Shown here: in pieces, positions 45,590 through 53,982 of the stretch | Numbering within the stretch: the stretch's first letter is position 1 | Layout: the number at the start of each line of letters is the position of its first letter | Assembly (NCBI GenBank): GCA_963529965.1 | Contig: CAUSDA010000001.1 | Location: forward strand, 22,005-86,004 | Direction of reading: 5' to 3' | DNA length: 64,000 nt | From: an uncultured Neisseria sp. | GTDB lineage: Bacteria; Pseudomonadota; Gammaproteobacteria; Burkholderiales; Neisseriaceae | Notes under the pieces: model-generated | What the model was told of the DNA's origin: nothing | Databases searched by the model: none | The model's input: the letters and a program-made list of their open reading frames with translations, nothing else | Made by a program: the position numbers and the translations under genes

Positions 45590-48364
45590 TTAGGCGGCGG
45601 GTTTTGATTTTTCAAGTTCGGCAATAAGTTCGGTAATTTTGTTGTTTATTTTGGCAAATTCTGCTGTCCATTCATCAATTTTGGTTTGTACTAAATAGTC
45701 AAACCATCCAAGTGGTTCATGTTTTTTATGTATAGAGCCGTCTTTTGTTTTGCCGTACCAAACTGTCGATATATTCGAAAGTTGATTGTGAATGAAATTG
45801 CCAGCTACTTCGCAGGTGTCAAATTCTCCACTGTAAAATGCACCACTTAGCAATCCATCTCGGTATTTAATGCTTTCGCTTACATATGGCTGTCCTACCT
45901 TGCCACGAGATTTTGTCAAACTGCTGTACGGCGTGATATCACAATGGTTTCCCACAATAGACGATGCTTTCATATGTCCAAAAACAATCTGTCGGGCATA
46001 GTTACCAGCCGGAGAATTTTGAACATAATTCGCCCTAACTTGTGTTGCCAGCATTGTTCCGTACTTTGCTTCTGCACCGACTAACATCCCATATGTTTGG
46101 GTATTTATCGACGCTGTTGCTGTTGCACCGGAACCGCCACCACCAGTAATGGTTACGGTCGGAATTTCCGTATAACGACTACCGTCACGGCGAACAATTA
46201 TTTCAACCACTTTCCCATCTTTAATCTTCGCTTGGCCAACTGCTCCGAAAGCTTCTGAACCGCCACCCGTAATGATGACTTCTGGTTCTGATGTATAACC
46301 ACTACCTCCGTTTGTTACAGTAATTCCAGATACTTGGTGCATCCCGAAAAATGGACCAAACGGGAGCGCGAAAGTGAATTGGTTTCGGTCGATGATGAAA
46401 TGGTTATGGCCGTAGTTACACATCAAACCGCGCGGTGCGTACACGGTATTATCTGCAATTAATTGGCGACATCTTAACCACCATTGGTTCTTGCTCCTTC
46501 TGGCTAGGACCCCCGTCGCACCGTTGATCGGATGGATGCCTATAAAGCCGCTGACGATGATGTTCCCCATGATTTCAATGTTGCTATCCTGATAGAAGAA
46601 ACTATAAGGATCAGCTATGTTTCCAGCACGGCCATCTTTTGATGCGAATATTTCTTCAATTACTGTTGATATCCCGTAATACATTGCAATGCCAAAGTTA
46701 TTAATTAACCTGACATTGTTCCCGGTATGGATATCCATTACCTTTCTTTTTCCAAGACCGAAGATGTTATCGTGGATGTAAATATAAGACATCGGCAGAT
46801 AACGGCTTGTACATTGTTGATAGCCCGGGTCCAAGCTGATGATGGAATTGTTCCAACCTCTCACATGCTCAATATGCGCGTCTGGATGACCTACCACCGA
46901 ATCAGGCGCATATATCCCGCAAAGCTCATAACCAATAACTCGGATGGCTTCAACGCCGCATGTATAGTTATGGGTAAAATATCCCCCAGTAATACGGGTA
47001 TTTATTGCGACACAGCCTTTTTCTATTGCTACTGCCACTTCACCCGGCTGCACATCTTCGCCTGATGGAGAGCCATTCAAACCACAAACGACCGCCCCAC
47101 CTGTAAAGCCTCTTACGTCAAAAAATTTGACTTCATTGTTTCGACAGTCAAATAACCTCCAGCCATACCCACGGCTCCATATTTGACCACCATGCCAAAT
47201 GCCCCATTCAGGTGATGTTGTTCCATCACTCTGCGGGAAAGCGGAGACGCCATCTTTATTAAAATATCCGCCCCCACTTAGGAAACGTTGCCTTGATTCT
47301 TGTAGGTATAACTCTTTTTGCTTTTCTAAATTGAAGTTTTCCGGCGACCGTACTTTGGACGTATCACAGGAATTGTTCATGTACCTAGCTAAATCATGGG
47401 CGTATGTTGTTGTGTTGTATCCGAAGGCAACAACCCCTTTAAGAGACATCCCCGAACCGATATGCGGCGCTTCTGCCGTCCATCCGTCGATATGTGGCAC
47501 CCATCTTTTATCAGGGTCTGCCATTCCCGATTTATAACCATACTTTTCATAAGCACGGGTTGTGATTTTTCCGCCGTGAATGACGGTATTGCCGTGTGAT
47601 TTATCGCAGAGGTGGAATACATCTTGCCCCATCTCTTCGACGCAGAATTCAGCTCTTGAAAAATCGAAAGTGTTATAAATTGAGTGATGGAATGAGATAC
47701 ATGGCTGTTGACCATTAACGGTCAGAGTGATGCCCCCAACTGTGACCTGTCGTCCGTCTGCTCCATAATATTCGGGCTTATATTCGATATTTTTTGTTAC
47801 GGGAAAATAGCCGCCCCTAGACGTGATAAACACGTTTGACGGCAATTTGTCATACCAGTTTTGGATATGTCTGACAATTGCGATTGCATCTTTCTTCGAT
47901 ACGTTTTTTCGGTAATATCCATCGAAAACTTTTTTCCGCAGATCAGATGGCAGGGCGTCTTCTATGTAGAATCTGCCTTTTTCAATTGCTATTTTTGCGT
48001 ATTCTGCACTTTGCAATCCTTCAAACTTGGTTTGTTCTTCCAAGATAAGTGATGGGGTATCAATACTCCCTAACGCTCGTCCTATTTCTTCTGATATTTT
48101 GGTAGGAGTCACGATACTGATATCGCTTGGTTTGCCGTTTAGATTCAGACGACCTTTTTCATCAACGCTGGCAACAATATCTTGGGGCATTGATGTATTA
48201 TCATTCCCCACTTTTTTTATACTGCTTTTGACTGATTCTTCGACTAATGCATTGACTGAATCAGCAATACCTTTTTCGAACTTATCTGTTCTTTTTTTTA
48301 AATCAGCAACAGATTCAGCAATAGCAATTGTTGATACTTCTAAATTGGATAGATTTTCAGCCAC
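45590..48364 (-). CDS. Large tailspike/depolymerase-like protein
   Basis: 924 aa; N- and C-terminal coiled coils, G/N-rich beta repeats, TNGGSGYT..P.V.ITGG repeats; AT-richer than flanks. Confidence 0.6.
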   Translation of the reverse strand: MAENLSNLEVSTIAIAESVADLKKRTDKFEKGIADSVNALVEESVKSSIKKVGNDNTSMPQDIVASVDEKGRLNLNGKPSDISIVTPTKISEEIGRALGSIDTPSLILEEQTKFEGLQSAEYAKIAIEKGRFYIEDALPSDLRKKVFDGYYRKNVSKKDAIAIVRHIQNWYDKLPSNVFITSRGGYFPVTKNIEYKPEYYGADGRQVTVGGITLTVNGQQPCISFHHSIYNTFDFSRAEFCVEEMGQDVFHLCDKSHGNTVIHGGKITTRAYEKYGYKSGMADPDKRWVPHIDGWTAEAPHIGSGMSLKGVVAFGYNTTTYAHDLARYMNNSCDTSKVRSPENFNLEKQKELYLQESRQRFLSGGGYFNKDGVSAFPQSDGTTSPEWGIWHGGQIWSRGYGWRLFDCRNNEVKFFDVRGFTGGAVVCGLNGSPSGEDVQPGEVAVAIEKGCVAINTRITGGYFTHNYTCGVEAIRVIGYELCGIYAPDSVVGHPDAHIEHVRGWNNSIISLDPGYQQCTSRYLPMSYIYIHDNIFGLGKRKVMDIHTGNNVRLINNFGIAMYYGISTVIEEIFASKDGRAGNIADPYSFFYQDSNIEIMGNIIVSGFIGIHPINGATGVLARRSKNQWWLRCRQLIADNTVYAPRGLMCNYGHNHFIIDRNQFTFALPFGPFFGMHQVSGITVTNGGSGYTSEPEVIITGGGSEAFGAVGQAKIKDGKVVEIIVRRDGSRYTEIPTVTITGGGGSGATATASINTQTYGMLVGAEAKYGTMLATQVRANYVQNSPAGNYARQIVFGHMKASSIVGNHCDITPYSSLTKSRGKVGQPYVSESIKYRDGLLSGAFYSGEFDTCEVAGNFIHNQLSNISTVWYGKTKDGSIHKKHEPLGWFDYLVQTKIDEWTAEFAKINNKITELIAELEKSKPAA

Positions 48365-48375
48365 GCGAAATTCCT

Positions 48376-49137
48376 TTATTCCATTTCAAATTTAATTTCG
48401 ATGACTTCTAAATCTTCGATCGTTTGCGCAGACTCAATACGATTTTGTAATGACTGCCGTTGACCAATGACGGCAGCAAGCATTGCATTGTATGATTCTT
48501 GTTTTTCAAATACTTTTTCTTTCAATTTTATTGGCGAGATACCGCGAACGTCTGCAATTTTGTCCAGAATAGGCGTTTCGGCGTTTTTATCTTCAGCCCA
48601 TGCCCGAGCTTCTTTACTCTGCAAGCTCCAACTTTGTACTTCATAGTCTGGCAAATCCGCCGCACCTGATTGGTTATCAATAAATTCTTGTGATTCTTTA
48701 TTAATTCTTTTGATTAACAATCTCTTGGCGTTATTTAATTTTTCTTCTGCGGCAGCGGCTTTTTTGGCTTGGTTTTCAATCCATTTTTCACCGTCCCATT
48801 CGCAGTATTCGTTCGCTGGGGCAATCACGGTCAGCTCGTCTGAAAGACTGCCAACTTTGTCGATGATGACGGCAACGCCGTCTGCTTTGCGGTACACAAC
48901 CTTTCCGCGATAGTCTTCGATGACGTCCCAACCCTCGCCGTTCCATCGGGCGACGTATCCGGCTGAAATTTTGGGCGGCAATGTGTCAATACAGCCTGCT
49001 GGAATCAGATAACTACCGTCGCGGGCGTAGATGTCCAATTCGGCATTGATCTGACCGATATAAGTATTGTCTGCATCAAGCTGACAGACGGGTTTAGTCC
49101 ATTTGATGTTTTGGCTCATTTCTGTTTCCTTTTCCAT
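48376..49137 (-). CDS. Tail fibre assembly protein
   Basis: EDYRG, WDGEKW; follows the tail fibre gene. Confidence 0.75.
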   Translation of the reverse strand: MEKETEMSQNIKWTKPVCQLDADNTYIGQINAELDIYARDGSYLIPAGCIDTLPPKISAGYVARWNGEGWDVIEDYRGKVVYRKADGVAVIIDKVGSLSDELTVIAPANEYCEWDGEKWIENQAKKAAAAEEKLNNAKRLLIKRINKESQEFIDNQSGAADLPDYEVQSWSLQSKEARAWAEDKNAETPILDKIADVRGISPIKLKEKVFEKQESYNAMLAAVIGQRQSLQNRIESAQTIEDLEVIEIKFEME

Positions 49138-49185
49138 AAGGTCGTCTGAAACGTGGTTTCGGTTTTTCAGATGACCTTTTTCAAA

Positions 49186-50220
49186 TTAAATTTTGATGAT
49201 GTATTTCATGGCTACGTTCATCGGGCGCGTTTCCACACCGCCTGCGGCGTCGGTTGTTCCCTCTGTATCGACGGATACAAGCGATGAATTCTGACCCCGG
49301 TCGGTATCGGCGCGCCGTTGCACCCCGATGCCGTGTGTATGGCTGCGGAACTCGTCCGCCTGCCAACTGCCTAAAACGCGACCGGCGTCCCGACCGCGCC
49401 CGGCGTCCCAGCCGCGGATAAATTCGCCGCGCAGGTCTGGCAGGTTGAATGTTGTACTGCCGTTGCCTTCGCCGTAGCGCGTCCCGATAACGGCGAACAA
49501 CGTGGCATAGGTCTGACGGGATACCGCCGCACCGTGACACTCAAGCCAGCCGTAAGGCACTGCTTCGCCCGCTAAGGCGACAACCGTGCCGCTTGGTGCT
49601 GATACGTTGACAAATGTTTGGTCAACTTTTGCCACCAGTCCGGGGACGTCCCAGCCGATGGATATCCGATGCTTTGAGCCGCTTGAAGATGGCGAAACCT
49701 CGATTGTTTCGGCTTTTAATTTTGACAGGGCATACGATGACGGCACGGTGTTGGTGCCGGTGTGTTCGGGATTGTGCGAAATGCTCCGCTGTAAGAGCAG
49801 CGGCGAATTGTCGTATTCGATGCCGCCGTTGTTTTTTAAAGTCAGTGCTTTATTGCTGTTTTTGTTGCGTAAAAAAACCTGATCAGTGTCGGAGTCGATA
49901 TGGATATATTTATTGGCGGAGAAAAGTGCAGGCGAGGCTGCTACGGCAATGCCTTTTGTAAATACTGTATTGCCGCCGAATGTTTTGTCGCCGTTGATGG
50001 TTTGATCACCGGTAATCTTGACGGTGTCGGTGTTTTCGTTGATTCTTTTGTCAATTGCCTTGACGCGGACGTTTAAATTGTGTGTCCTATTTGCGAGAGC
50101 CTGCAAAGGCTGGTTTATTGGTGCATCTGCACCGCCGATGACTTTGTCGCCCGGCTCAACCAGATAAACATTTTGTGTGAATTCGTTTTTTTCGATTGCG
50201 TTTGCCATAATTTTCCTCAA
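49186..50220 (-). CDS. Tail fibre with collar domain
   Basis: QALANRT; GWLECHGAAVSR...FNLPDLRGEFIRGWD; ETRPMN. Confidence 0.9.
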   Translation of the reverse strand: MRKIMANAIEKNEFTQNVYLVEPGDKVIGGADAPINQPLQALANRTHNLNVRVKAIDKRINENTDTVKITGDQTINGDKTFGGNTVFTKGIAVAASPALFSANKYIHIDSDTDQVFLRNKNSNKALTLKNNGGIEYDNSPLLLQRSISHNPEHTGTNTVPSSYALSKLKAETIEVSPSSSGSKHRISIGWDVPGLVAKVDQTFVNVSAPSGTVVALAGEAVPYGWLECHGAAVSRQTYATLFAVIGTRYGEGNGSTTFNLPDLRGEFIRGWDAGRGRDAGRVLGSWQADEFRSHTHGIGVQRRADTDRGQNSSLVSVDTEGTTDAAGGVETRPMNVAMKYIIKI

Positions 50221-50801
50221 GCTGCGCCAAAGTTGTATTCGCCATTAAATTCGATTTCGCCATTCCAATAGATGGCGTTACTCCGGTAATCCATCTCAAC
50301 CAATCTGCAACGGAGCGGCGCGATTTGCTCTAGCCATTTTTTTATCTTTTCGGCCTCGCTGTTTGTAATCGGACGGCTTAGTTTGATTTTGTATTCTGCC
50401 CAGTCGCCTTCTTGTCCACCAAAAACGAATGTTCCGTCAAAATAGGCGGTTCCATCCCAATACAGACTGCCGTAGTTTTCAATTATCTCGATGTCGCCAT
50501 ATCCTAAATCTTTGAATAATTGTCGTATTACGGACGGCGTCCCTTTTCTTTCGTGGATTTTGATGTATTCGGCGATAATTCGCCGACGGGCGGCTTCGGT
50601 TTCGGCAATGTCCCAGCCTTCATCGCTGCCGATTGAGTTTTCCCACGCCAGCCAAGGTAGCCATTCTGGTGGGCAGTCAACTGGGCGGCGGGTTCGTGCG
50701 ATTTCATTCAAGTCAAATAATTGCGCCAGTTCCGCTGATGTCAGTTTTGATAGCGCGTGTTGCAATTCGGTGCTGCTGCTTGGTTTTATGCTTTCTGTCA
50801 T
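50217..50801 (-). CDS. Baseplate/tail protein I
   Basis: CPPEWLPWLAWE, HERKGT. Confidence 0.9.
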   Translation of the reverse strand: MTESIKPSSSTELQHALSKLTSAELAQLFDLNEIARTRRPVDCPPEWLPWLAWENSIGSDEGWDIAETEAARRRIIAEYIKIHERKGTPSVIRQLFKDLGYGDIEIIENYGSLYWDGTAYFDGTFVFGGQEGDWAEYKIKLSRPITNSEAEKIKKWLEQIAPLRCRLVEMDYRSNAIYWNGEIEFNGEYNFGAA

Positions 50802-51691
50802 GTCATATTCTCCAAGCTGATTTCGCTGATTTCGATGTATTCTCCGTCGCTACAATTTATGTCTTCTAACGGTGATGCCATTTCGATTTTTTTAACGCCG
50901 TCGGTATCCAGCGCACCGATAATTTTTGACAATGCGACGCTTGCACCTAATCTGCTGTTTTTTTCGAGCATTTTTTTTAAGTCATCAAGCTGCTTGTTTT
51001 TTACCAATGTCAAATCCGGACCCGATTCGTATTTAATCCTTGCAGCAATCCTGACTGCCTTCGGGCGACCGGCTTTAACTTTTACGGTATCGCATAAGGG
51101 GCGGCGGGTCTCCGCGCTCAAATAATCCTGAGCCGCCTGCAAAATTTCTTCTGATGGCACACCGTCCGCTGCCTTAATAAAGACGCAGACCGTACCTGCA
51201 ACCTCTCGGACGGCGCGCGCGTCGATGATTTTTGGATGGGCGTCTAATGCATGGGCTTCGTAGGCGGCGCGCGGACCGGCTGCGGCGAGTTTTTCGGGGT
51301 AAAGTTGGACGCGACGGCGCAGGTCGTCGTCTGTTTCGTAAAGTGCTTCGACGGGAGGCAGGGCAGTTGGGTCAGATTGACGCACTATTTTTCTTGTTAT
51401 CCCCTTCGCGGCGGCAAGGTGGTCTAAATCGCTACCTTGAGCAAATGCCAGCAGCGTCGATGCTGCCGCTTGGTTGATGCGCTGCCTAAGTATCATTTCT
51501 TGGTAGGCTTGCTGTTGCAGGTCTATTGTCAGCGGCTCTGATTCCAGCGACAGGGTTGCTGCAATGGTTTCTCGGACGGATGATGGGACAAGCTCAAGCA
51601 GTGCTGTTTTTTTGCGCTCGAAAATCGTTTCAAAATCTAATTCTTCGATGACTTTCGGAGCGGGAAGGCGGGTTAAATCGATTTCGGCCAT
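50798..51691 (-). CDS. Baseplate assembly protein J
   Basis: IDLTRLPAP, LESEP, AGPRAAYE, RPLCD. Confidence 0.92.
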   Translation of the reverse strand: MAEIDLTRLPAPKVIEELDFETIFERKKTALLELVPSSVRETIAATLSLESEPLTIDLQQQAYQEMILRQRINQAAASTLLAFAQGSDLDHLAAAKGITRKIVRQSDPTALPPVEALYETDDDLRRRVQLYPEKLAAAGPRAAYEAHALDAHPKIIDARAVREVAGTVCVFIKAADGVPSEEILQAAQDYLSAETRRPLCDTVKVKAGRPKAVRIAARIKYESGPDLTLVKNKQLDDLKKMLEKNSRLGASVALSKIIGALDTDGVKKIEMASPLEDINCSDGEYIEISEISLENMT

Positions 51692-51696
51692 TTTCT

Positions 51697-52023
51697 TTAC
51701 TCTATTTTGAATATTTGCTCTGTCCCATCTTCAAGGGCGGTATGTATGGCTACTTTCAGACGACCTTCAGCGGCGGCCTGTACGTCAAATTGGATTTGGC
51801 TGATTTTGATTCGTGGCTCCCATGTTGCGATGGCAGTTACTATTGCTTGATGGCTTACGGCAATAACGGCAGGGGTCATCGGCATATCTATCAATTCAGG
51901 GAGCAGGCTGCCGTAATCTTCTCGCATTACACGGGTTCCGATGCGGGTGAAGAGAATGTTTTTGATTGATTGGGCAATGTGTGTTTTTAATCCGATCAAG
52001 CGTCCTGTTTTGTCGTCGGTCAT
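51697..52023 (-). CDS. Baseplate protein W (gp25-like)
   Basis: GTRVMREDYGS, WEPRI. Confidence 0.92.
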   Translation of the reverse strand: MTDDKTGRLIGLKTHIAQSIKNILFTRIGTRVMREDYGSLLPELIDMPMTPAVIAVSHQAIVTAIATWEPRIKISQIQFDVQAAAEGRLKVAIHTALEDGTEQIFKIE

Positions 52024-52643
52024 TGCGGCTGTCCTGTCGTTCCGCCACTGTCTCCCTTATGGGTATGGGTGGTCAGGTTTATTCCGTTGCTGATGATGCT
52101 GCCTGATTGTTGACGAATTGTTCCGTTAATAACGGCTGCCGCTCCACCTTCGCCCCCGCTGCCTGACATACCGCCTTGGTATGTGAGCAGCCCTTTCACA
52201 TTTAGCGCGCCTTCAATATCGGTTACTGGGCTATCAATAGTCAGATGTTTTGTGTGTACCGTTGCAGATTTTTCGGCAGTTATGTCTGCGGTTTGTATTC
52301 CGCTGATTTTTAAATGGCGGCGAACGTGGTCGTAGTTGAATTCCGCACCATCTGGGAACCTGACGACGGTTTCATTTGGGTTTTGTGATGGTGCTGGGTA
52401 TTGGGTGCTGTCGATACCACATAAGACGGTACCGTTTTCTGTTTCACCGCTTGGCGATAAGATGAGGCAGGCTTCGCCGATGCTTGGCAAACGCCAAATT
52501 GATACGCCACCGGCAGCAGGGGTCTGATATTTGAGCCAGTCCGTAAATAATCCGCCATGTTGTACTCGGATACGGTTTGACACTGGGTCAACCTCTTGCA
52601 CGGTGCCAATTTTTATAAGGTTTTCTAATTGACGGGCTGTCAT
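52020..52643 (-). CDS. Baseplate spike protein V
   Basis: LIKIGTV, PSIGE, C-terminal HTH.GDSGG. Confidence 0.92.
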   Translation of the reverse strand: MTARQLENLIKIGTVQEVDPVSNRIRVQHGGLFTDWLKYQTPAAGGVSIWRLPSIGEACLILSPSGETENGTVLCGIDSTQYPAPSQNPNETVVRFPDGAEFNYDHVRRHLKISGIQTADITAEKSATVHTKHLTIDSPVTDIEGALNVKGLLTYQGGMSGSGGEGGAAAVINGTIRQQSGSIISNGINLTTHTHKGDSGGTTGQPQ

Positions 52644-52819
52644 GGGATTATGCTGTCTCCGATTTTTATATTTTCTGCTGCCGCCTTGCTGGCAAACATG
52701 GCTCTTCTTGCAAACCTCCAGCCATTTTCGTTTTGCAATTCGAGATCAACGAACCACAATCCGCAGAAAAATAATGGTCGGCTTTTGATTTTCAGTATGG
52801 TGCAAGGTTCTTTAAACAT
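52640..52819 (-). CDS. Small hypothetical protein (59 aa) coupled to V
   Basis: Manual translation MFKEPCTILKIKS...IKIGDSIIP; ATGA overlap with V. Confidence 0.55.
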   Translation of the reverse strand: MFKEPCTILKIKSRPLFFCGLWFVDLELQNENGWRFARRAMFASKAAAENIKIGDSIIP

Positions 52820-52838
52820 GATGCCTTATCAAATTTGG

Positions 52839-52874
52839 AAAAGCCGCCGTTGATGGGCGCAACGGCGGCTTTTT
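52839..52874. terminator. Intrinsic terminator in the V-operon leader
   Basis: AAAAGCCGCCGTTG-7 nt-CAACGGCGGCTTTT. Confidence 0.75.
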
Positions 52875-52965
52875 GGTAGTGCCGTCTTTCCGGCTGTCAT
52901 GCTTACAACTTTCCAAGGAGTATCACTTCAGATGACAGGCTTATTTTACAAGTCCCAAAAATACG

Positions 52966-53001
52966 GGCAAGCGACGGCTGTTCTGTGTGTGTTTTTTAAG
53001 T
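52966..53001 (-). promoter_or_regulatory. Late promoter motif upstream of V
   Basis: Shared motif; minus strand TTGCCC-16-TAAAAT. Confidence 0.6.
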
Positions 53002-53147
53002 TTCGATACGGCAAAATGTAAAAGGTCGTCTGAATTGTTATCAGGCGACCTCTTTTCGTTTTAGATGTTTTATTTGTTATTTAATGTGTTACTTTTCAAT
53101 TTTGAAAAATATTCTGTTTTTAAATCATTAGGTTTTTATTTAATCTT

Positions 53148-53166
53148 AATCCCTTCCTCTCTGCCA
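53148..53166 (+). repeat. attR core
   Basis: Copy of the last 19 nt of tRNA-Ser. Confidence 0.93.
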
Positions 53167-53172
53167 GATTCC

Positions 53173-53205
53173 AAAAAGCCCGTCTTAATCAAGACGGGCT
53201 TTTTT
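53173..53205 (+). terminator. Displaced tRNA-operon terminator
   Basis: AAAAAGCCCGTCTT-aatc-AAGACGGGCTTTTTT right after attR. Confidence 0.85.
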
Positions 53206-53339
53206 CTTGCCTTCAATTCAGGCGGCAAGCTGCTTCAGTCTCTCTTCAGAAAAGAAATTACTTTTATTCTCAATTTGTTATACATTTCGGCTCCATCTAT
53301 ACAAATCAGTTTTGCAGGTGTATCCTTCACTCCGTTATA

Positions 53340-53362
53340 TACATTCATAAAAAATCCATCTT
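53340..53362. promoter_or_regulatory. Possible NsrR-type operator
   Basis: Reverse strand AAGATGGATTTTTTATGAATGTA resembles the NsrR box; upstream of the dnrN-like gene. Confidence 0.45.
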
Positions 53363-53413
53363 TAAAAAGGTCGTCTGAATACGCCGGCCTGACACAAATC
53401 CAAGGACACTGCC

Positions 53414-53887
53414 ATGACTGATTTTACCGTATGGGAAACCGCGCCGTTTGGTGCAACCATCGATCATATCCTGCAACGCTACCACGATGTACACCGCGGG
53501 CAATTTGAAGAGCTGGTTCCGTTGGCTCAAAAAGTCGCGGAAGTTCATGCCGACAGTTTTCCGGCTGAAGTGCCGGAGTTGCTTGCCTATATGCAAAACG
53601 AACTGCTGATGCACATGATGAAGGAAGAGCGCATGCTGTTTCCGATGATCAAACAAGGCGTCGGTCGCGGAGCGGCAATGCCGATTAATGTAATGATGCA
53701 CGAGCATGAGGAACACGACCAAGCCGTAGCCAAGCTGCTTGAGTTGACCAATAACCTGACCGTTCCCGAAAACGCTTGCGGAAGTTGGACGCGCCTGTAT
53801 ACATTGGCACGCGAAATGGTGGACGATTTGACCAACCATATCCATTTGGAAAATGAAATCCTGTTCCCGCGCGTATTGGCTTCTTAA
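53414..53887 (+). CDS. dnrN: Hemerythrin-domain Fe-S cluster repair protein
   Basis: HMMKEERMLFP, HEHEEH, HIHLENEILFP. Confidence 0.85.
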   Translation: MTDFTVWETAPFGATIDHILQRYHDVHRGQFEELVPLAQKVAEVHADSFPAEVPELLAYMQNELLMHMMKEERMLFPMIKQGVGRGAAMPINVMMHEHEEHDQAVAKLLELTNNLTVPENACGSWTRLYTLAREMVDDLTNHIHLENEILFPRVLAS

Positions 53888-53982
53888 AAATAAAGCTTGT
53901 CCAAAGGTCGTCTGAAAATTGTTTTTCAGACGACCTTAATGTTTTGCCAGTACGCAAAGAGGCTGTTTTCTGTTGGATGAAA

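Larger units (their letters stand above)
14377..53166. mobile_element. P2-like prophage, apparently complete (~38.8 kb)
   Basis: Integrase, full head/lysis/tail set, rolling-circle Rep A and cI/cro, bounded by a 19-bp direct repeat of the tRNA-Ser 3' end. Confidence 0.95.

Noticed and set aside
43987..50220. Diversity-generating retroelement or tail-fibre shufflon
   Set aside because: No reverse transcriptase, invertase, template/variable repeat pair or inverted fibre cassettes seen.
29442..52899. GGA-containing hairpins as CsrA/RsmA sites
   Set aside because: They lack the ANGGA context, and the first G is base-paired.
53065..53421. 118-aa ORF spanning attR
   Set aside because: Crosses the att core and terminator, low-complexity F/L/S composition, no RBS.
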